Shown in pieces: positions 52,004 through 64,000 of a stretch of DNA of 64,000 bases. The notes below the pieces were generated by a model. The model was given only the letters and a program-made list of their open reading frames with translations, had not been told where the DNA came from and made no database searches. Position 1 is the stretch's first letter; each line of letters opens with the position of its first letter. The DNA lies in NCBI RefSeq assembly GCF_964355755.1, contig NC_092679.1, positions 5,548,201-5,612,200 on the forward strand. The letters run 5' to 3'. The stretch comes from Antedon mediterranea (Eukaryota; Animalia; Echinodermata). Both the position numbers and the translations under genes were made by a program.

Positions 52004-55000
52004 ATGTTCAAGAAAAGAAGAAAGCGTGTGATTATTTCAGAGCCATCAAATTTTGAACATCGTATTCACTGTGGTTTTGACAAAAAGTCAGGAAAATATG
52101 TTGGGCTACCACCTCAGTGGGCGAATATAATCGGAGCTGAGGACAGTCGACCAAAACCTATCATAGACACAACTAATACTACACCTGTAGGATCAGACAA
52201 TAAGGTGAGTTTGTGGTAGGAAATAGTCCCATTTAGATGTGTGTCATCATAATTCTCCAAATTGCAATTGTCAATTTTACACAACTGGTAGTACTGTAGT
52301 TTCAAGTTCATTGTTTCACAAAATACAATATACATAGTACAGCACATAAATTAATAAATATAATTGTGTGAGGAGGACAGCCAATGTACATTACATACTG
52401 ATATAGAGTAGTTGTTATTTTACAGTCGTAACAATGTCAGTTAGCAGAAGTTTAAGTCCAAAGCGTATATTTTCATTTAAAAGCTACTGTATTATGTATA
52501 GCCAAAAAATTCTCTTTATTCTATACCACTGGTAGTGGTAGCGATGACGATACAGTAGATGGTGCTAGATCTACAATATAGTTGGTTTTTGAAATGTTTT
52601 ATTATTTTTTTCTGTAACTTCCTAAACCATAATGATAACCACAGTAGGTCTGTAATGGTTTGGTAGTTTAGTTTCTATACAGCCTCTAGCCAAAGGCAAG
52701 TATACCCTGTGTTGGACCAGGTAACTAAAAGGTTGAACAGAGTTCAAGGTGTCACTTTGCTGATGATTCTCACATTTTATGATTTATTTGAATTGTACCA
52801 TGATTGTACTACAGTAACTCCTTGAAAATTGTATTTAAAATCAAAGTTTAAAGCAGGATTGAACTGTTTATCCTTGTTTCCCACAATGCCCAAGCACAAC
52901 AAAAAGCAGATATGGTCACTAAACTTTGATAATTATTTATTCATTGATTAAAATAATTTGTAATAAAATATTAATTTACAGCTGTTATGCCTGGCAGAAT
53001 AGGACCAAGCAAATTTCCCAATCGCCATATTTTGTCATTTAAATTACAGTATCTACCACTATAATTTGTAAAAATGGTAATTAAAATCTAGTTGTAATTT
53101 TAAGACAAAGACATACGTCATACTTTATTATCTCCAAAACAGAAGAAATTACAGGACCTTGGAAACAACAAGATTCATATAAAAATTTAAAAAGAACAGG
53201 AAAAAAAATCAGGCTGTCTGTACTGTACAAATTATTTTCCTATTTTCTGTTCAGGTTTTTGTTTTCAAAGTAAATACTTCAAATTAGCAATTCTTCTAAA
53301 TTTATCTTTGTTAGGAAATTTCAAAGAAGAAAAATTTTTCTTACAGTATGTGAAGTAAGATTTTAAAGTAGTCTAGGGATTTTCAGTTGTGTGAAATAAA
53401 GTGTCATACTGTAGATGGTTATCGTTATCACCACCCAGTGGTATCTCGTGTTCGCTTTGTTTGTTTACATACTGGTATGAATGAATTGTGTGAACAATTC
53501 TATATCTGTATTAACATCACGTAAACAAACCTTTGATTTCTAGCTAAATAAATAGAATATCAAGAGAAAAAATAAACTGTTTATTTAGCTAAAAAACAGT
53601 ATTTTGACAGTTTTACACTCAAATTTGAAATTGTTTATCGTTCTTTAAAATAAATAAGTATGAAATTATTTCATAACATGAAGTAATATTATCTAAAAAT
53701 GTTTTCTTATTAGTAATGTGAAACCTTTATTTTATCATCTTGTTTTTATGCCCAATTCTGAAAGGTTATCCTCTACCAAGAACATAAAACATTTTTTTCC
53801 TTATTACTATTTGTAAATATTGTTTGATCTTTACTGACATTATTTGTATACAGTACTGTAAAGCAATAAATACATTATTATTATTACATACAGTACTACA
53901 TATTTTATTAAAATATTTCTTGAATCTTTCTTATTGCTCAGTCATTGTATTTTAAATAATTATATAAAACTTTTTTTTTTAATCAGTCTATTGTTCGAGG
54001 GCCTAGTTTAAATAGACTCCCAAAAGGATTGGCCAATGGAATTAGTGTCGCAAGGTCAAATTCTCTCAGGAGTCGAAGTCCACCAAGGCTAAGACGAAAA
54101 CCTGCAGAAGACAGCGTAAGTAGCTCATGACATCTTGTTTAATATAACACAAAGTACAATACAACAATCGTGCATTATCTTATGCAACTCCTATGCTTTT
54201 GAATTTTCTTTCAAACTACATTAAAAATGCAGTCGGTGGCTCTTTTTAAGAGGCTTCTTAAAGACTTACTTGCTTAATAAAGCATATTAATCCCCTTTTT
54301 TCTTTTTTACCATGCCACCTAGATTGTTTTAGATCTAATTTAGTAGGGCAGGAGGCGCCTGAGTTAGGGATGACCGAGACACTACTGGTGCTGACCGGGG
54401 TTCAATTAGACTGATCCCTGGTTTAGCGAAAAAGGCGTATCCCCTTACTTTTTTCGTATTAGTTTATGTACAGCGCTTAGAGGTTTCACAACATTGGGCG
54501 CTATATAAATCCAGGATATTATTATTATTATCATGTTATTCGTGAGCATGAGCAAATATTGGAACGTGTGTCTTTTGCGCCTCACCTCAACACAGGTTTG
54601 ATGGTCTCTAGATCAAAAATGCATTAATAGACTCACAGGTTGGTCGTTTGGTCCTTGAATGTCACAAATCACAAGATAAACCTCTTCTTATCCACAGGTT
54701 CCAGATGTGGTTAAGGAGAACAACTGGCACCGCAGTAGTGATGGTCATCACCAGATGTCACCATTAGAACGGTCTGGTTCATACGATAATAGGAATAGAA
54801 TACAATCCCGGCACGAGTCTAGAGATGTACATCCACGTGACGACAGATACCGAAACTCACACGATCAACGATATTATACGACAGGTGCTCATGATCGCAG
54901 TCATGAAAGGGAACGTTATGAAGATTCTAGGTGAGATATGTCAATTCGTGTTCAGACAAGTCAAAGTTTTATTCAATATAATACATCCATGAAACATTAA

Positions 55001-55584
55001 GCTTGCTTCCCACTTTGACGCAACGCAACAAAGGCACAACTCATGTGAATTGGCCAATCAAAAGCAACTGTTTAGATGGCGCATCATGGTTGGTCAAATT
55101 ACTTGCGTCATTGCATGGCGTCCAGGTGGGAAACGGGCTCCTTAACTAGCAAAAGCCAGAAGGAAATACAAAGTGTTGTGGATAGCATTGCGAATTGAAT
55201 TATTATGTAAAATATGACATCATGCAGTGCAATGCAAAACCTTATATACACTAGAATTTCTTATTTACATTGTCTATCGTGTCTAGCTTACCTGGATAAA
55301 CCGACATAGGCCTTATCCACTTCAAGAGGAGAACATAACCCAAAAAGTAAAAAATACTTAGTATATTGGTTTATTTCAGGAATCACAACCAGGATAGGTG
55401 GCAAGATTCAAAGAACGGATACAATAGTAGAGGGCCTCCGCCACCTGGTCATCGCAGTCCCAAGACGTTACCAAGGAGTGTGTCTAGCCAATCTTATCAG
55501 CAGAATCAGTACCCACAGTCAAATTCACAGCCCAGAGGTTACCCTACAGCACCCAGAAGCAAGTCACATGGCCATTTGTCACAG
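52004..55584 (+). CDS. PAK4: Group II p21-activated kinase (PAK4/5/6-like), 5' exons only; kinase domain lies beyond the window
   Basis: Exons 52004-52204, 53987-54115, 54698-54930, 55380-55584 in phase. MFKKRRKRVIISEPSNFEHRIHCGFD..GLPPQW (CRIB at the extreme N-terminus), RPKPIID pseudosubstrate, IVRG and SVARSNSLR are hallmarks of group II PAKs. Confidence 0.9.
54185..54532 (+). mobile_element. 3' end of an L2-like LINE
   Basis: GTACAGCGCTTAGAG..GGCGCTATATAAAT followed by (ATT)n, a typical L2 3' stem-loop and tail. Confidence 0.6.
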
Positions 55585-56884
55585 GTAAGAATTGATTGAA
55601 TTAAATTGAGAAAGTTTAATCCAAAAGTATTTCAGGGGGGGATCCAGGATATTTTAAACCAGGGAGCGCTAACAATATTAATAGTCTGTCAAAATGGATC
55701 TGTTAAAAGGAGCGTGTAACAACCCCAGCACTTTCCCCCGGATCTCCTTCTCCCCCTGTATCCACCAACTACTTTAAGTAGAATTAAACTACTGTAGTTT
55801 ATTAATTCCTTTAAATACTGGCACATAATGAAAAAAATGATTTAGTTACAAGCAATAATTTATATCTTGATTTCTTTGCCATTTTAATATTTTTCTTACG
55901 ATGATGTTGTTGATAAGCTACTGTATGTCCGGTGGCGTCAGTACTGATTTATAGCCTTCTCATCCAACCACAGTATATCGTTTGTAATCCCTTTGATCCT
56001 TCAAGCCAATAACAAGAATCATCTTGGTTTATCCATGTTTTCTTAGCTAATCATTATGCAGAAATGATCATACACTCAGTAGTAGTAATATTGGCAGAAA
56101 AAATAAAAATTTAATAGCTAAATATGGCTAAAATTTAAGCATAATTTAATTTGAATAAAACACTTTCATATCAGTGGAACTCATGTGAACGCCTATAAAA
56201 ACAAAAAAGAATATAACAAAAACAAACACATCTTTTTTATAGTTAACATATTTTATTATATCTTATATTAAAATACTGTAAACTAAATATAAAAATATAT
56301 ATAAACATCCATAAAAAACAAATTAAAAAAACGTACTCATTTTTTGAATATTAAATGAAAGAAAATCACTAATTAAAATGCAAAATGGTAAAAATCACAA
56401 AATTAAGTTGAATGCAAGATGAAAACCCAACTTTTTAACAAGTTCAATGATCAAAGAAAGGCATTAAAATGTTGACATTTTAAATATTGTCATTTTAAAT
56501 ATTGTATCTTATATCAAAGCAAGCTATACAACTTTTACAATTACTGTTAAAAGATAAAATCACGTAGATTATATTTGATCTTATCAAATGATATCCAAAA
56601 GATATCCAAAAGTTTCATTTTGTAATTTTCTAGTCTAAAATTTCTGACAGAAATGAAAATAGAGTCTAAATTAAAATACTCTATCGTAATTGAATGCACT
56701 CAAGCCTGATACAAGCTGAAATTGATCTGAAATAATATTAAGATCAACAATTTAGATTGAATGTCTGTCTCTGTATCAAGGATGTGTTCAATTTAACATT
56801 TCCATTAAATATTAAAAAATATAATTTGACTTTTAGCACTAAGTTGGTTATTTCAGTGTTACAGTATAGTAGTGTGTGTGTAAC

Positions 56885-56920
56885 CATAGAGATATTATAG
56901 TGAACTATAATATCTCTATG
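56885..56920. mobile_element. Identical 36-bp palindrome with a different 7-bp TSD
   Basis: GTGTAAC|CATAGAGATATTATAGT-GA-ACTATAATATCTCTATG|GTGTAAC. Confidence 0.85.
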
Positions 56921-59900
56921 GTGTAACCCAGTGCATCTATCAGAATAGTAGAGGGTTACACTGGTGGACTGGTCCATTTCAGCCCTGTGGACAGAAAAAA
57001 TAGCACTGTTTTGGTTGCAGCACTGGCAGGAAGGGACCCTTAGTAGAGATCAAAGTCGTATGTGTGTGTTCATCTGGTCAATTGGGCTTTAAGAAGGTTA
57101 CCGTATAGAGCGGAATAATCTAAATGCAAATTAAAGTTTTACTAGATTTTCCCAAGTTTTTGTCCGTTTAAGCTCAGTTTGTATTCCGTTACAAGCAGGT
57201 ACTTTTTTCCCGTAATACTAAGCTGAAGTATACATTCATATGTGCAAAATGATTATTTACAAATATTAGACCTTATCGCTGTCTAGAATCCACTATTTGA
57301 ACCCGTTCTTTCCCATAACATTTAATTGTCATAGGAACACAAGCTCCATAACTATATATACTTCATTTTCTTTTATTGCCAATTGCTTCCTGTATGACCT
57401 ATTAATTTCCCATAATGACAATTGACAGGAAGTAGTTGAGATCAATGTCAGTGTTTAATGACCTTTGAACTTTGTGTGCTCAACTTTCAGATAAAAGTAG
57501 GCCCCTGGGTGTTTAAATTGCATTGTTATTCATCTATAGTGTTTTGCATATGTAATAGAATTATTTTATTGTTTAAAGCTTAAGCTGTTAAAATGGCCTT
57601 TAAAGTTTGGCGTGATCTGCACTCTAGCTGTCAGTGTCAAACTCAATAATGAACATTTTAAATAAATTATTAACTTTTATTAAGATAATTTAAAAACAAA
57701 AATTAAAATGTTTTGCAGCACCTCATGTGTTTCCTTGAGTAGACAAATGGAATTTATTTTTTTTGGAGACATGTAAACCAGTAGGGCCTACAAGTTACAA
57801 CTAAAATTCTATTTTCTAAAATGTCAAAACAGCATTCAAATTTCCAACTAATTTCATTATATTTCTTAAATTATTATTTCTTAAATTATTATTTCTTAAA
57901 TTATTATTTCTTTCTTAATTTAAAATTAAGTATACATAAATTAAATTTATCTTTAAAAGCAATTTTTTTTTTATTCATTGCCAATTAAAATCTATTAGTT
58001 TGACAAAACAACATATTTTGTTTCTCCACTTGCTTTTGCAAGTCTCCTGGGGTAGAGTTTAATTACTTCAGTAAGGGGCTGACATCATATTCAAGCATCG
58101 GAAGTAAAGTCATATCGTTATTGCCAGGAAATTATTCAAAAACAGGAAGAATACATTTAGTTGAGATTTATCCTTTAATGTCACAAATTGGTGAGGAATC
58201 TCTGCATAATACCAACGTATTTCACCATAGTGGGTTTTAGCTTTTGACTGATTCTGATTATCTTCATCTTGTCCATTGGATTTGCTATGTCTTGTCCATC
58301 GTAATGAGCACAATATTGAAGCTTATTATCTCTGTTGGTGTGTAGGAATTTGTTTGTACTGTACATTTAATTATCTTGGATTTATTACAAAATCTGGTAA
58401 GAATTGTATTACTTTTTAACAAAAAAAATGATGTTTTACCCCAAAAATAACTAGTTAACAACAACAATTTAAATTTTTTAATTGACATTATTAGGTGTGT
58501 AGTACTGTACACGATTTAGTAACTTTTATGTTGGTTCGATTGTGTTGGCTATGTTTTTTTTTTAGGGGGGGGGGGGGGGGGTTGCGGGGTTTAGCAATAA
58601 CCTGTAAATAGAAGTTTTTAGAAACTATAGTTTTGCCTGACCTTCAGCGCCACTCTGTAAATCCACCATGATCATGTAGTGAATAAGGTATAGCTGCTGC
58701 ATCACGTAATTAGGAAGCTTTTGAACTGGTGATGTGGGAAGGTGAGATGTGGAAGTCAGCCATGAATGCCAATGCCTTCCACATCTTTATATAATTTATG
58801 AAAATCAACGTCAAAAAGTACCTACACAAACTACCTTGCGATGCCTCCATCCGGGTAATCGCCAAATGGAACAAAGCCTGTTGCTGCTGTATGGTTTGTG
58901 GTAGTCTTGTATCCGTATGCGCACTGTAAATATTGCATGTTGCCTTTTTCAATCTTTTATTTTGGAATCTCTGGTCCATAGAACGTAAAATTACATATAA
59001 ATTAATTAAAAATAAACTAAGACTGTACTAATTACTACTACTCATCTCAGGATGGCATTCCACCTGGAGAGCATCTTTGACTTTGACTACAACATTTTCA
59101 CTTGAATTGAGTCTACAAAGTACATTCTACATGTTATGAAAACCTGTTAATTTACAGACTTAATTGTTACAAAAACATTTAGTTTGTATTATTAGCAGGA
59201 CATCACAAATACTTCTTCGTTCGATGTAAATTACTACAATAATGTGTGAAGTCAACAGTACTTTACAATCCATTTGATGTTATTGCCAATTTGACCATCA
59301 ATTAACTCAACTCTTCTAAATTGTAAATTACCTATATATTAAAATGGTAATACAATCTAAATATAGCAACAGACAATTTCTTGAGTAGTGTTAAATATGA
59401 GCATCTTGCAAGTTAAAGTTTTTATGGAGTTTCAGGGAAAATTTTCATTTAAAAATTTTGTTTAGCAATATTGCTAATCAAACTGATTTTTAAGTCGAGA
59501 AACATAGTTTTGTATTGTATTTTTTGTTACACAATTTTCAAAATGTGTAGCAATAAGGTTGTTTTGTATAGCTTTTTGCTACGCTACACTGGCGAAAATG
59601 TTCCCTGAGTTTTGAGTAAATATATTTCGCAGACCTTTTTTTAATTAGTTTAAAATGTGTTTTTATGAGTATTTTTCATTTTACAATTTTGTACATTTAA
59701 TGTTTTAGGATACAGATTCCTTACAGGACTTAGTAAGTGACATTTTATTATTTAGTGGAGAGGGGGATACATTTGCATATTTTTTATTTAATTAATACGG
59801 AGTACTGACTTATTATAAAGTAATAGTTCTGTCTACACTATCAAACATTATATGAAAAAAAATGTGATGTGCCCATTTACATGATGATGTCATATCACTA

Positions 59901-60730
59901 CCATATTTAGGCATATGTATGACTATCACAATTTGGGTACATCACACTTTTTTTTGTCAAGCTAGTTTGATAGTATACAGTAGACAGAGCTTAAGATGAA
60001 TAATTTATAAGAAATATATTTTTTTTTTTTTAAATGGTGTATATTTTATGAGTTGCAGTACTATAAATAAACATTTAATTTAATATCTAGAGTATGCTAT
60101 TCCAAGTATAACCAAAATGCTACCTTTCAATTATTAAACAATGATTTGTCTATAAATATTTTAGTTTGAAGAAAAAGAGACTTTAAGTTTATCAGATTCT
60201 GGTTCCGTAAGTTAGACAGTAATTATTTATAAAGCACAATAATATTAGCAAGTACTTTCTACAGTATTTATATACTGTTATAAAAACTATACTATATATA
60301 CTTTGATACTAATACTTTATACTTTAATACTATAGCAAATAGCATTTATTTTTATTAAGTTAAAGGCTTTTTTATTAATGCAATATCACTAGTTCAAACA
60401 GGAACACAATAGTTCCTTGAACTTTGTTATTAAGCTATTAAATACTGCTACACATTACTTACTAACACACACAGTGTAATGGAATAATGGTCATTCAATT
60501 AACAGTACAGTATAATAATTTATGCAGTTAAGGATTGCACATGACTACTGCACATATTAAGAACAAGGTTTCACTGAGTTGGAATAATGGTTGCAATATG
60601 CACTACATATCACGCGGGACATGGTTGCAATAGGGATTCATTACTTATCACTTGGGAAATCACATGGTTTCAATAAGATAGGTGTACATTAGAAGAATGG
60701 TTGCAATAGGGATGCACTACTTATCAATTG

Positions 60731-61092
60731 GCTTTACGGCTTTACCACGTTGAAACACCGGGTCTCGTCAGATCACCGAAGTTAAGCGACGTTGGGCCTG
60801 GTTAGAGCTTGGATGGGAGACCATCTGGGAATAACGGGTGCTGTATACGGAGCTGGGGTCCCGTTAGGCATTTGAAATTAGCACTGCTGACTCTTATGGC
60901 AGCCCCTGCATCTAGTATCTGCCTCAGACCTCTGGTCAAGGTGGGAACTGGACGAGAGAAGCCCTTGATCAATGTTAGGACCAATCAAGGTGCTTTAATC
61001 AGTCCTGGCTTTGTTTGTATCAAACCTGTTAGTGGCGGTAATTATCGCTGTTGGTTTCGATTAAATAAAATAGAAATAAAATAAAATAAATA
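60731..61092 (+). mobile_element. 5S rRNA-derived SINE (SINE3-type)
   Basis: 60731-60845 is a diverged full-length 5S rRNA (..TACCACGTTGAAACACCGGGTCTCGTCAGATCACCGAAGTTAAGC..GGATGGGAGACC..TGGGAATAACGGGTGCTGTA). There is no oligo-T terminator; a ~220-bp body and an (AAAAT)n tail follow. Confidence 0.85.
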
Positions 61093-61451
61093 ACATGGTT
61101 GCAATAGAGATGCATTACTTATCACGTGAGAAATCACATGGTTGCAATAGAGATGCATTACTTATCACGTGAGAAATCACATGGTTGCAATAAGATAGGT
61201 GTACATTAGAATGGTTGCAATAGGGATGCATTAGTAATTTCATATCACATGGGAAAAACATGGTTGCAATACAGTAAGATAGGTGTACATTAGAATGGTT
61301 GCAATAGGGATGAATTACTTATCACGTGAGAAATAACATGGTTGCAATAAGATAGGTGTACTTTAGAAGAATGGTTGAAAAAGGATGTATATAAAAGTAT
61401 CAAAAGAAAAATATATTGTTGCACATATTAGAAATATAGGACTCAAAAGTT

Positions 61452-62070
61452 TAGAATGGTTGCAAGAGGGATGCTAATATCACATGATGAAATACACTGG
61501 TTGCAATATAGCTGCACATTACAGATGATAATAAATGTTATTACTATGTTTAGAATGGTTGCAACAGGGATGCTAATATCACATGATGAAATACACTGGT
61601 TGCAATATGGCTGCACATTACAGATGATAATAAATGTTATTACTATGTTTAGAATGGTTGCAACAGGGATGCTAATATCACATGATGAAATACACTGGTT
61701 GCAATATGGCTGCACATTACAGATGATAATAAATGTTATTACTATGTTTAGAATGGTTGCAACAGGGATGCTAATATCACATGATGAAATACACTGGTTG
61801 CAATATGGCTGCACATTACAGATGATAATAAATGTTATTACTATGTTTAGAATGGTTGCAACAGGGATGCTAATATCACATGATGAAATACACTGGTTGC
61901 AATATGGCTGCACATTACAGATGATAATAAATGTTATTACTATGTTTAGAATGGTTGCAACAGGGATGCTAATATCACAAGATGGTTGCAATGTGGTTGC
62001 ACATACAGTATACAGTACAGATAATAATAAATGTTATTACTATGTGTAGAATGGTTGCAACAGGGATGCA
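61452..62070. repeat. 99-bp tandem repeat (5-6 copies), preceded by a degenerate ATGGTTGCAATA-based array at 60585-61380
   Basis: The 99-bp period produces the 33-aa repeat pseudo-ORFs on both strands. Confidence 0.93.
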
Positions 62071-63189
62071 TATCATATGGCTAGTTGCAATTTGTTTGCC
62101 TATCCTTAGTAAATCTTAAGGCCAATTTACACAGACGAGCAGTAACGGTAAACCGCCTAGCTTGTCCCACATAGAATCTGAATCTTTCCTTAGTGTGGTC
62201 ACAAGGAATAACATAGATTTTATGTTATTATTACCGTTGCCGCTCGTCTTTAAATTGGTCTTTAAGGCTTGGGGCAACAGGGATGCACATGTAGATACAC
62301 AGCTAGTTTAAAGGCTCACTTTAAAAGCATATTATGTGTCTAGGTCTTCTCTGCTTATGTGGAAGATTATAATTTTAATGTGAATTGGAATGGACATTAA
62401 TTTAAATTGCTGAATTTTAAGTTCAGTAGATGTCAAGTTACGACATTCTAACATCGTGATCTTCATACCAATCATGTTCATAACATAGCAAAACATTTTA
62501 TAAATTAAATTAGCGCCATTTAAAACGTCTTCACACATCTTAACTCGCAACTCAAGAATCAATATTACATGCTTGTTAGCATTCGAGTGGGTGAAAATAG
62601 TTGAATGTTTAAGACTGTTACTTAAGCTTGTGTCCTCAGGCTAAATCCTATGTTTGTCTACTCTGGTGCTTTATAGATTACATGTTGGCTTGTACATTTT
62701 TATTTCGTGCAGTAACATAGGATTTTCCCCAGGGACTTGGCTACAGTAACAGTAGATGAGAGGTTATTAATTTACTATGTTAATTTAGTCTCAAAATTCA
62801 AAGGCACATTCCTAAAAGAACCAATAGTAGCTTCGTTTGAATTCAGCAAAAAATGTAAAAGCAAATAGACAAAATATAGACAACATACAGGCAGGATACA
62901 CCCAAAATACAGCTAACATATAGCCAGTATACTGAACACCTAAAAAAAACACACAGCCAGCATCAACCCAACATACATCCACCAAACATACATCTTTAAC
63001 ATACAGGCAGCATACACAGGCAACAAACAGTACACCCAGCATACATCCACCAACATACATACATCTAACATACAGCCAACATACAGTCTCCATACAGCCA
63101 ACATACACCCAGCATACATCCAGTATACACCTGAAAACATACAGATAACATACGCTAGCTAGCATACACACAACATAAAGCCAACATAC

Positions 63190-63892
63190 ACCTCAACATA
63201 CAGCCAGCATACGCCTAACATACAGCCAGCATACAGTCTCCATACAGCCAGCATACAGTCTCCATACAGCCAGCATACAGTCTCCATACAGCCAGCATAC
63301 AGTCTCCATACAGCCAGCATACAGTCTCCATACAGCCAGCATACAGTCTCCATACAGCCAGCATACAGTCTCCATACAGCCAGCATACAGTCTCCATACA
63401 GCCAGCATACAGTCTCCATACAGCCAGCATACAGTCTCCATACAGCCAGCATACAGTCTCCATACAGCCAGCATACAGTCTCCATACAGCCAGCATACAG
63501 TCTCCATACAGCCAGCATACAGTCTCCATACAGCCAGCATACAGTCTCCATACAGCCAGCATACAGTCTCCATACAGCCAGCATACGCCTAACATACAGC
63601 CAGCATACAGTCTCCATACAGCCAGCATACAGTCTCCATACAGCCAGCATACAGTCTCCATACAGCCAGCATACAGTCTCCATACAGCCAGCATACAGTC
63701 TCCATACAGCCAGCATACAGTCTCCATACAGCCAGCATACAGTCTCCATACAGCCAGCATACAGTCGCCATACAGCCAGCATACAGTCTCCATACAGCCA
63801 GCATACAGTCTCCATACAGCCAGCATACAGTCTCCATACAGCCAGCATACAGTCTCCATACAGCCAGCATACAGTCTCCATACAGCCAGCAT
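63190..63892. repeat. 22-bp minisatellite (about 31 copies)
   Basis: (CATACAGCCAGCATACAGTCTC)n; degenerate 11-mers at 62880-63190. Confidence 0.95.
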
Positions 63893-64000
63893 ATAAACGG
63901 AAAGATATTTTCATCATTTGTTCTATTTCATTCATTTTATCTATGACAAGAATTGAAACTGTGCAAGAATTTATTAATTGAAAGTATGCAACGCAAACTG

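Noticed and set aside
55600-60500. Further PAK exons or a nested gene
   Set aside because: No phase-compatible exon with kinase-like sequence could be identified by eye; treated as a long intron, though small exons could be missed.
60731-60845. Functional 5S rRNA gene
   Set aside because: Multiple substitutions, no oligo-T terminator, and followed by a SINE-like body and tail.
61443-63935. Long repetitive ORFs (182-258 aa) on both strands
   Set aside because: Products of 99-bp and 22-bp tandem repeats inside a PAK intron; no splice or domain support.

Overview
AT-rich, intron-containing animal DNA. It is most likely a non-vertebrate deuterostome such as an echinoderm; this is inferred from a Lefty gene and Deu/Nin-type SINEs. 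Gene order, with exons reconstructed by hand from GT-AG sites and reading phase: a partial minus-strand gene with a haspin-like N-terminus (1204-3658); a divergent orphan 153-aa S/T-P-rich gene (5551-6318, +); Lefty (7723-9798, +); GSTZ1/MAAI (13453-15984, -); POMT2 (24550-33192, +, 19 coding exons); two tandem minus-strand globins, one short and soluble-type (35100-38003) and one long with an N-acylation motif MGCLESK (41297-43447); and the 5' part of a group II PAK (PAK4/5/6-like, from 52004, +). The GSTZ1<>POMT2-globin block matches the vertebrate NGB-POMT2-GSTZ1 neighbourhood. The most striking structure is an 8.3-kb non-coding foldback element (16080-24407) sitting in the GSTZ1/POMT2 bidirectional promoter. 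It has ~50-bp terminal inverted repeats, a perfect 7-bp flanking duplication (GGTCAAC), inverted arrays of a 101-bp hairpin satellite and nested internal palindromes. Several 18-36-bp palindromes elsewhere also have 7-bp flanking duplications, and three have exactly 17-nt arms, the signature expected of P-element-superfamily excision footprints. The window also holds many MITEs, tRNA- and 5S-derived SINEs, LINE fragments and minisatellites. No database search was possible, so all family names come from motif recognition.
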